A DNA stretch of 64,000 nucleotides, from positions 87,639 to 151,638 of the forward strand of contig DAIDHJ010000001.1 in assembly GCA_027451965.1 (NCBI GenBank), given 5' to 3'. Below the pieces are notes generated by a model that did not search any database, was not told the origin of the DNA, and saw only the letters and a program-made list of their open reading frames with translations. This document shows positions 57,240-64,000 of this stretch, piece after piece (position 1 is the stretch's first letter; the number at the start of each line of letters is the position of its first letter). The stretch comes from Candidatus Adlerbacteria bacterium (lineage in GTDB: Bacteria; Patescibacteriota; Minisyncoccia; Phycocordibacterales; SBAW01). A program made the position numbers and the translations under genes.

Positions 57240-58322
57240 GCATTATTTTACACTCTTTTTATCGGAGCAGCTTCCCTCTCGTTCCTTATTCCTGTTCTGG
57301 CAGAAGCAGATATCTTTTCGGCTACCGATGTTGTTCCTTTTTCCGATGCTTCCAGTGGTAGTTATAACTCTCAAGACTTGCCACTTCCCGTTCCAGCAGT
57401 TAATACCGATCCTACCGTCGCAACCTCTGATACCTCCATTGTAGTATCAGACGGCTCTGCACTGCTTGCGCAAGCAGGTCCTGATGGTACACAGGCAGAC
57501 ATTGCAGAGCATCCAACCTCTTCGCAAATTAGCGTATACACCGTGCATTCTGGGGATACGCTTTCGAGCATTGCCAAGCTGTTCAATGTTTCAGTAAACA
57601 CGATTCGATGGGCAAACGATATTAAAGGAAACCAAATTCATGATGGTGAAACGTTGGTTATTCTGCCAATCACCGGAATACTGCATACGGTTACAAAAGG
57701 AGACACGCTAGCTTCTCTAGCAAAAACATATGGTTCGAATGCGCATGATATTGCCCAATACAACAATCTTGTAGATGGCCAAGCGCTTGCCGCTGGAGAT
57801 ACTATTATCATTCCTGATGGAGAACTGAGCGCGTTTTCCAGCGGTTCTACTGGAACAACGAGCGGTGGTAAATGGAATGTCATGCTACAGCGAGCGCGTA
57901 ACGGCGAAACAACTGCCCCTGTGCATGGTACCGGCGGCCCTGATCTTGCAAACTATTTTATTTGGCCACTTGCTGGCGGACATCTCACACAAGGGTTACA
58001 TGGATTTAATGCAGTAGATATCGGAGCACCAAAAGGAACTCCTATTTATGCAGCAGCAGCTGGCACGGTCATCATTGCGCGCGACAATGGCGGATGGAAT
58101 GGAGGATATGGAAATTATGTGGTTATTCAGCACCCGAATGGTGTTGAAACGCTGTATGCCCATGCAAGTAAAGTATTTGTCTCGGCTGGCGACACAGTCT
58201 CCCAAGGACAACAAATTGCTGCAGTAGGAAGGACAGGCGAGGCAACTGGAACACACCTTCATTTTGAAGTGCGCGGTGCGCAAAATCCATTTGGAGATCT
58301 CGCGCTTGGTCAGTCTGAATAA
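57240..58322 (+). CDS. LysM + M23 peptidase (true start unresolved)
   Basis: Two LysM domains, HGFNAVD and HLH motifs; frame open from 57144 with a signal-like segment, first canonical start TTG 57378. Confidence 0.85.
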   Translation, partial: ALFYTLFIGAASLSFLIPVLAEADIFSATDVVPFSDASSGSYNSQDLPLPVPAVNTDPTVATSDTSIVVSDGSALLAQAGPDGTQADIAEHPTSSQISVYTVHSGDTLSSIAKLFNVSVNTIRWANDIKGNQIHDGETLVILPITGILHTVTKGDTLASLAKTYGSNAHDIAQYNNLVDGQALAAGDTIIIPDGELSAFSSGSTGTTSGGKWNVMLQRARNGETTAPVHGTGGPDLANYFIWPLAGGHLTQGLHGFNAVDIGAPKGTPIYAAAAGTVIIARDNGGWNGGYGNYVVIQHPNGVETLYAHASKVFVSAGDTVSQGQQIAAVGRTGEATGTHLHFEVRGAQNPFGDLALGQSE

Positions 58323-58333
58323 TGTTTAGTGGC

Positions 58334-58681
58334 TTATCCGTGTAGTACGCAGGTACGCGCTGCAGGTTGCACATCCAAACGCTCTGCCTCAATAGAGACA
58401 CCGCATATCTCGCACGTTCCATACGTCCCTTCCTCTATGCGTGCAAGCGCGTGCACAATATCTTCTCGTCGCGCTTGCAGTACATCAAGCTCATCCTGTT
58501 GCTCCTCATACTCTTCTACTCGGTCGGCAAGTTCGTCAGGCTCTGTTGCACTAGTATCTATGCTTTGCAGGCGTACTTTCCATGATTCAGTTTCAGTATC
58601 GTATATACCGAGCTCTGCTAATTCTCTTTCTACCGTGGCTAGTTCTGCAAGCAGCAGTTCTTTTGTATGCGATGTGTCCAT
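58334..58681 (-). CDS. TraR/DksA C4 zinc-finger protein
   Basis: ALARIEEGTYGTCEICG..ERL..PAARTCVLH; acidic coiled-coil tip. Confidence 0.85.
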   Translation of the reverse strand: MDTSHTKELLLAELATVERELAELGIYDTETESWKVRLQSIDTSATEPDELADRVEEYEEQQDELDVLQARREDIVHALARIEEGTYGTCEICGVSIEAERLDVQPAARTCVLHG

Positions 58682-58695
58682 GCTGAAAGTATACA

Positions 58696-59772
58696 CTACT
58701 GGGTTACAGGGGCTTTGGTAAGCCGAGTAATAATCTGATGCAGTGTATCATTCGACGTGGTAATGACTAAGGTGTGCGCGTCTAAGAACGTCCACAACAG
58801 TGATGGATTCCCGGCGCTATCTACAATCTCTCTCACATCATGGTTTTGCAGTATGCCGTCTACGAATGGACTTTGTAGTACTGCCTGTGCAGTCGTGGTA
58901 CTTTGCTGTGTCGAAGCAGTCGTCGTCCCAAACAGTGGCGAAAGATCCTGTTGCATAGTCGGTTCCCAGGCGAGCATACCGGCATATGCTTGCGTATATG
59001 AATCAATAGTAAAAATCAAAAATGGTTCATTGTTTGGATACGCATATACGCCGAGTACAAATGACGGTTGCAGGGTATCTATGAGTGTTTGCGGTGCATT
59101 AGGGGCAATAATGGAGAGAAATGTTTGTGCATCCATAGCCTGCTGTCCTACAGCATCAGTAGTTACCAACAGTCGCTCTACGAGCCCAAGCGGAAGAGAG
59201 AGATGTGCACTTGCCTGAGTTAAAGTGCCAAGAGCGTCCGTTGCAGAGGTTGACGTAGCAAGTACCACCGCTTCTGTGGTATCAACAGAGATAATAGGTG
59301 TTGACGGTTGTGTTGGTGTGGGAACACTGCGTCCAGTCATGATGGCATAGAGAATTAATCCTGCAGCAGCGCTCAAAATAAGTACACCAAGCACCAGCAA
59401 GGCAGCTGTTTTTATAAACGAGGTTGCAGTGCCCGCAGTAAGCGGCTGCTGCGCGCGTCGGTTCGCTTCTGCAGCCGCAATGCTTACCACAGAAACATTA
59501 TTGCGCTCCACTGCTGCCTGAATATCCCCTTGATAGGTTTCGAGTGGTTTCACTCCTTCAACTGCGGGAGTAACTGGTTCGGGTATATCGGGTAGTTTTG
59601 GTGCGGTCGCCTGAAATGGTGTCTGTTGGTCCGCAAGTACCTCTGCCGCGTCAACACGATCTGCGCTTTGCGACGTGTGCACCTCCTTCTTTGGAAGCAG
59701 GATGGCGTCAAGGTCTATAGGTTGCCTAGTTTCCTTCTTCGGTTCTTCGTGGTTGTTCTGGTTTGGTTCCAT
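58696..59772 (-). CDS. Membrane-anchored hypothetical protein
   Basis: LETYQGDI, central TM, AYAGMLAWE, FVDGILQNHDVR. Confidence 0.7.
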   Translation of the reverse strand: MEPNQNNHEEPKKETRQPIDLDAILLPKKEVHTSQSADRVDAAEVLADQQTPFQATAPKLPDIPEPVTPAVEGVKPLETYQGDIQAAVERNNVSVVSIAAAEANRRAQQPLTAGTATSFIKTAALLVLGVLILSAAAGLILYAIMTGRSVPTPTQPSTPIISVDTTEAVVLATSTSATDALGTLTQASAHLSLPLGLVERLLVTTDAVGQQAMDAQTFLSIIAPNAPQTLIDTLQPSFVLGVYAYPNNEPFLIFTIDSYTQAYAGMLAWEPTMQQDLSPLFGTTTASTQQSTTTAQAVLQSPFVDGILQNHDVREIVDSAGNPSLLWTFLDAHTLVITTSNDTLHQIITRLTKAPVTQ

Positions 59773-61903
59773 GTGTGGGTTGAATGCCTTTTTTACGCAA
59801 GAAATCTGGATCTACCGCTTTAATGGAGAGATTCACGCGGCCTTTTTCGTCTATCTCTTTAATCATAACGCGTACTTGTTCTCCGATCGAAAGCACATCG
59901 CTGGGACGAGTAACGCGAAACGGTGCGATTTCAGATACATGGACAAGTCCTTCCCCGTCTTTCCCGGGACCGATACGTACAAACGCGCCAAAATCCATGA
60001 GACGGGTTACTTCCCCGTCATACACTTCTCCCGGCTTGTATTCTTTTACCAGCGCTTCTATGAGTGTTTTTGCTTTTTGTGCAGAGCCGTTTTTCCCGGT
60101 AATGAACACTGCACCGTCATCTTCAATGGTGATATCTTCTACGCCGGATGCATCTTTAATGCCGTTAATGGTCTTGCCTCCGCCGCCAATCACCAAGCCG
60201 ATTTGATCCGGACGAACGGTAAGAGTAACGATTTCAGGGGCACGAGGAGAAATATGAGCACGCGGTGCCGTGATTTCCTGTTCAATGCGATCAAGGATCT
60301 GCATGCGTGCTTTCTGTGCAGCATGAAGTGCTTCAGTAAGTATGGAGAGCGGCACGCCATCCAATTTAATATCAAGCTGAATGGCAGTGATCCCTTTGCG
60401 TGTACCAGCTACCTTGAAATCCATGTCACCAAACTCATCCTCTGGTCCTTGAATATCTGTCAGCACCTTGTAGTTCGTTTCTGATTGCATCATGAGTCCC
60501 ATAGCAATGCCGGCAACGGGGCTACTGATAGGTACACCGCCATCCATAAGCGCCAGAGTGGATGCGCATACGGAACCCATAGAAGTGGAACCATTGCTTG
60601 CCATGCATTCAGATACCAACCGTATGGTATAAGGAAACTGCTCTTTTGAAGGAATTACCGGATATAGTGCTTTTTCAGCAAGCGCTCCGTGACCGATCAT
60701 GCGTCGATTCAATCCTCCCATGCGCCCTGTTTCTCCCGAAGAAAATGGAGGAAAATTGTAGTGATGCATGAACCGCTTCTTTACTTCGTGTGCTTCCATC
60801 GTATCGATAATCTGAGAATCTTCAGGCCCTCCTAAGGTAAGGGCGGTGAACACATGGGTGCCGCCTCGATAGAAAATACCTGATCCATGAAGTACCGGAG
60901 ACATGCCGCCGGCTTTTGCAAAAAGCGGGCGCAATTCATCAAATGCTCGATTGTCAGCACGTTTTTTTTCCTGAACGGCACCCTGGTGAATGATGTTGTC
61001 CACCTGTGTCTCAAAAAACGTTTTTGCAACGGAGGAAGCAAGAGCCGGTTCTGTTTGAGCAGCTACAGCCACCCACTCTTTTTCCACCGTGTGAATGGCA
61101 TCTTTTCCAGGAATGCCGCAAAACACCGCATCTCGGAGTTTTTCTGCAAAGTTATCTGCAAACTGTTGCGTAAGGGTTGCGGGCAATGTAGGCGCTTCTA
61201 CTGCTCGCTTCGTTTTTCCGATTTCCTCTACAATGTGTTGTTGAAACTGAAGTAACTTGTCATGTTCGACAATTGCTTGCGCAAATCCTTCTGCAACTGC
61301 AGCTTCATCAAGCTCTGCTGCTGCTACTTCAATCATGTTGATCGTTCGATCTTTTCCGCAGGCAAGCACATCGAGTACCGTGTCAGGGTTCTCTCGTTGT
61401 GCGTAGGTAGGGTTCACCGTAAACGTACCGTCTCGGTGTTTTCCAATGCGCACTGCAGCTACCGGTCCATTCCAAGGAATATCGGAAGTGGCAAGTGCAA
61501 GAGAAGCTGCATTCACCGCGATAGCATCTGGATCATCCTCATCGAGGGCAAGGATGGTGATGATTACCTGGACCTCATTGCGCAGGTACTGGGGAAACAA
61601 AGGACGGATGGTTCTGTCCACCACTCTGCCGGAAAGAATCGCTTCTTCAGAAGGACGACTTTCACGGCGCATGAATCGAGAGCCTAAAATGGCTCCTGCA
61701 GCATAAAATCGCTCTTCATAATCGACAGTGAGCGGAAAATAATCAATATCATCGCGTACTCTGGTGCTCATCACCGCAGTGGCAAGCACGGCAGTGTTGC
61801 CGTATCGCAGAATCACCGATCCGTTTGCTTGCTCTGCGAGATCGGTAAATTCTGCGGTCAATGTTTTACCGCCAATCTCCGTGGAGAACGTTTTACTGTG
61901 CAT
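59726..61903 (-). CDS. pnp: Polynucleotide phosphorylase
   Basis: FPLTVDYEER, DRTIRPLFP, SNGSTSMGS, GDMDFKVAG, KH and S1 domains. Confidence 0.97.
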   Translation of the reverse strand: MHSKTFSTEIGGKTLTAEFTDLAEQANGSVILRYGNTAVLATAVMSTRVRDDIDYFPLTVDYEERFYAAGAILGSRFMRRESRPSEEAILSGRVVDRTIRPLFPQYLRNEVQVIITILALDEDDPDAIAVNAASLALATSDIPWNGPVAAVRIGKHRDGTFTVNPTYAQRENPDTVLDVLACGKDRTINMIEVAAAELDEAAVAEGFAQAIVEHDKLLQFQQHIVEEIGKTKRAVEAPTLPATLTQQFADNFAEKLRDAVFCGIPGKDAIHTVEKEWVAVAAQTEPALASSVAKTFFETQVDNIIHQGAVQEKKRADNRAFDELRPLFAKAGGMSPVLHGSGIFYRGGTHVFTALTLGGPEDSQIIDTMEAHEVKKRFMHHYNFPPFSSGETGRMGGLNRRMIGHGALAEKALYPVIPSKEQFPYTIRLVSECMASNGSTSMGSVCASTLALMDGGVPISSPVAGIAMGLMMQSETNYKVLTDIQGPEDEFGDMDFKVAGTRKGITAIQLDIKLDGVPLSILTEALHAAQKARMQILDRIEQEITAPRAHISPRAPEIVTLTVRPDQIGLVIGGGGKTINGIKDASGVEDITIEDDGAVFITGKNGSAQKAKTLIEALVKEYKPGEVYDGEVTRLMDFGAFVRIGPGKDGEGLVHVSEIAPFRVTRPSDVLSIGEQVRVMIKEIDEKGRVNLSIKAVDPDFLRKKGIQPTHGTKPEQPRRTEEGN

Positions 61904-61914
61904 GGATTTTCAAT

Positions 61915-61975
61915 GTTAGGTCTCCGGATTTTAGACTTCAAATGCTATTTGAAATCTACCTATCCGAAGGCCGAC
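61915..61975 (-). promoter_or_regulatory. Long hairpin in the pnp 5' leader
   Basis: TTCGGA..TAGATTTCAAAT-AGC-ATTTGAAGTCTA..TCCGGA. Confidence 0.6.
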
Positions 61976-62038
61976 GAATAATATAAAACTGTAGCAAACC
62001 ACTCTCATCGGAGCAAACAGTACGGTATACTACCTGAT

Positions 62039-62266
62039 ATGAAAACAGTACTTACTTGGGGTTCTGTAGTGCTTGGTATATTTTTTATCGGGCTTGCTGT
62101 GTATTATTGGCGCACACCCGCAGGGTTACTCCCCTCTTACTTGCCTGGCTACCTTGCCGGTTCTGCGCACGCGCATTTTAAACACGGTCTCGCGTCACTT
62201 ATTCTCGGCCTCTTTCTCTTTATCGTTGCCTGGTTCAATAGCGCACCGAAAAAATCAGTGCAATAG
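62039..62266 (+). CDS. Small two-TM protein
   Basis: YYWRTPAGLLPSYLPG..HFKHG; TATACT 7 nt before ATG. Confidence 0.7.
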   Translation: MKTVLTWGSVVLGIFFIGLAVYYWRTPAGLLPSYLPGYLAGSAHAHFKHGLASLILGLFLFIVAWFNSAPKKSVQ

Positions 62267-63109
62267 TGATACGCAAATCGTAATAAGACCGACCGCTGCA
62301 CAGTAATACGCAAAAGGGATGAGCGTATGCGTTTTAAAGTAGCGAGTTAAAAATCGCACGGAAACATATGCACCGAGTGCGGCAGCCCCGGCACCGACCA
62401 CAAATATCATCATATTCACCGCTTCTCCTGAAAGCGCTAGTTCCGGTATTTTTAATACGCCAGCAGCGAAGATAATGGGTGTTGCAAGCAAAAATGCATA
62501 ACGAGCTGCATCTTCATGTGAGAGTCCAACCATAAGACTTCCTGCAAGAGTGGCGCCTGTACGTGAAAATCCAGGCAGAAGTGCCAAGCACTGCACCAAT
62601 CCAATTTTGATTGCCTCTATCCAAGAGAGATGAGCTACTCGTTCGTAACTATGACTCTCTTGGATTGGTCTACGATGTATAAACCACTCAGCTATGTACA
62701 GCACAATACCATTTCCGATAAGGAAGTATCCAGCGTACAACGGTATTGCAAAAAGCATAGAAAATTGTTTTTCAAACAAAATACCTAGAATTCCTACTGG
62801 TACAGAACTGACGATCAGTAACCACCCGATACGTGCATAGGTGTCATCTTGCCGTATTTCCCGTGTGCGAAGTGAACGTCCTAATCCTTGCAGAATTAAT
62901 TTCCAATCAGCAAAGAAAAAGAGAAAGAGCACAAGCGCGGTGGCAATATGAGTGACGACGATAAAAGTGATGAATACAGGGTCTTGTTGATCAAGATGCC
63001 ATCCTACCAGACTAGGAATGATAACGCTGTGTCCAAGGCTTGATATAGGAAACAGTTCGCTGATGCCTTGCACGAGCCCCAATATGAGCGCTTGAAAGAC
63101 AGAAAGCAT
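62255..63109 (-). CDS. uppP: Undecaprenyl-diphosphatase
   Basis: LGLVQGISELFPISSLGH, ALLPGFSRTGAT. Confidence 0.94.
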   Translation of the reverse strand: MLSVFQALILGLVQGISELFPISSLGHSVIIPSLVGWHLDQQDPVFITFIVVTHIATALVLFLFFFADWKLILQGLGRSLRTREIRQDDTYARIGWLLIVSSVPVGILGILFEKQFSMLFAIPLYAGYFLIGNGIVLYIAEWFIHRRPIQESHSYERVAHLSWIEAIKIGLVQCLALLPGFSRTGATLAGSLMVGLSHEDAARYAFLLATPIIFAAGVLKIPELALSGEAVNMMIFVVGAGAAALGAYVSVRFLTRYFKTHTLIPFAYYCAAVGLITICVSLLH

Positions 63110-63116
63110 GCTGTTT

Positions 63117-63746
63117 TTAATTTTCTCCCGACATTTTTATAGCTGGATCTTCACCATCTTCATACGTATCGGCCGACTCATCAGGAAGAGATGTATCTTC
63201 TTTTGTGCCGGAGGAGAATCCAGGCATCCAGTGCCCATGTCTGCCAATGAGGTAATTGCGCGGATTGTCACAAATATCGATAAAATCGTCCGCCGCTTCC
63301 CGCAAACTAGTAGAAGATGATTTTCCAAACGCAATTACTTCCACCTGACAGCCGTGCGTGTACCTGAGGTACTCCACTAAGGGTACAAAATCTCCGTCCC
63401 CCGTTGCGAGGATAATGGTGTCGAGTTTTTGAGCCATAGCAATAGCATCGATAGCCATGCCAATATCCCAGTCCGCTTTTTTTGCACCGCCGGCAAAAAT
63501 CCGAATATCTTTCACTTTGGTTTCAATACCTAACTTATTGAGTGCTTCAAAAAACCCTTTTTCTTCCTCAGATTCCGTGCGGATAACATAGGCAACTGCA
63601 CGAATAAGCGTGCGTCCTGCCAATGCTTCCTTGACCACCTGGCCGAAATTTACCCTTGCTTTATAAAGATTTTTTGCACTATGGTACAAGTTTTGCGTAT
63701 CGATAAAAATACCGACTCGCTGACTCTTATGTTTTATGATTGCCAT
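63117..63746 (-). CDS. NYN/LabA domain protein
   Basis: FIDTQNL, KADWDIGMAIDA, LATGDGDFVPLV, ADDFIDI. Confidence 0.9.
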   Translation of the reverse strand: MAIIKHKSQRVGIFIDTQNLYHSAKNLYKARVNFGQVVKEALAGRTLIRAVAYVIRTESEEEKGFFEALNKLGIETKVKDIRIFAGGAKKADWDIGMAIDAIAMAQKLDTIILATGDGDFVPLVEYLRYTHGCQVEVIAFGKSSSTSLREAADDFIDICDNPRNYLIGRHGHWMPGFSSGTKEDTSLPDESADTYEDGEDPAIKMSGEN

Positions 63747-63847
63747 AGAAAATTACAAACACAGACTATAAAAATAAAAATACCTGCGTACTCAAGCAGT
63801 ATACCGCAGCATTGTGCAGATACGATGTAGACCCATCCGTAGAAGGT

Positions 63848-64000
63848 TTACTTCTTCAAACTCAGCTTCTTAACGATAGCGTTATAGCGTTTTTTGTCGC
63901 TATGCTCGAGATACTTCAAATGTGAACGGCGGTCTGCCACCATTTGGAGAAGTCCACGGCGAGAGTGCTTATCTTTCGCGTGCTTCTTGAGATGGTTTGC
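63848..64000 (-). CDS. rpsO: 30S ribosomal protein S15, 3' part (truncated by window edge)
   Basis: HLKKHAKDKHSRRGLLQMVADRRSHLKYL. Confidence 0.95.
   Translation of the reverse strand, partial: ANHLKKHAKDKHSRRGLLQMVADRRSHLKYLEHSDKKRYNAIVKKLSLKK

Noticed and set aside
1-64000. Alternative genetic code (TGA recoding)
   Set aside because: Conserved genes are intact in code 11 and several end at TGA

Overview
Core chromosomal window from a small-genome bacterium, inferred to be Patescibacteria/CPR (Parcubacteria-like) from gene content, trimmed proteins and pervasive leaderless genes; genetic code 11. It spans the replication origin (dnaN-oriC-dnaA-rpmH-rnpA-yidC-jag) and carries housekeeping genes (dcd, thyX, rplK, nusG, secE, rplS, rpsT, ruvA/B/C/X, polA, tsaE, tyrS, class A PBP, rsmA, pcrA, pnp, uppP, rpsO), 8 tRNAs, a Sau3AI/MutH-like REase + C5 MTase + Vsr island beside tRNA-His, an ECF sigma/anti-sigma module, a PilB/GspE ATPase and an AT-rich ~13 kb VirB4/PrgI/VirB6/pilin (T4SS-like) cluster without relaxase or integrase. 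Strongest observations: a tRNA-Val whose CCA supplies the A of the next gene's AUG, a tRNA-Arg containing the previous gene's stop codon, a ~176-nt structured 6S-like RNA, unannotated microproteins with their own promoters (42-aa hyperacidic; 58-aa membrane/secreted), GATC sites inside the divergent R-M promoter, and a LysM-M23 gene whose signal peptide lacks an in-frame start but follows an A_AAA_AAG slippery site. All calls are from reading the sequence; no searches were run.
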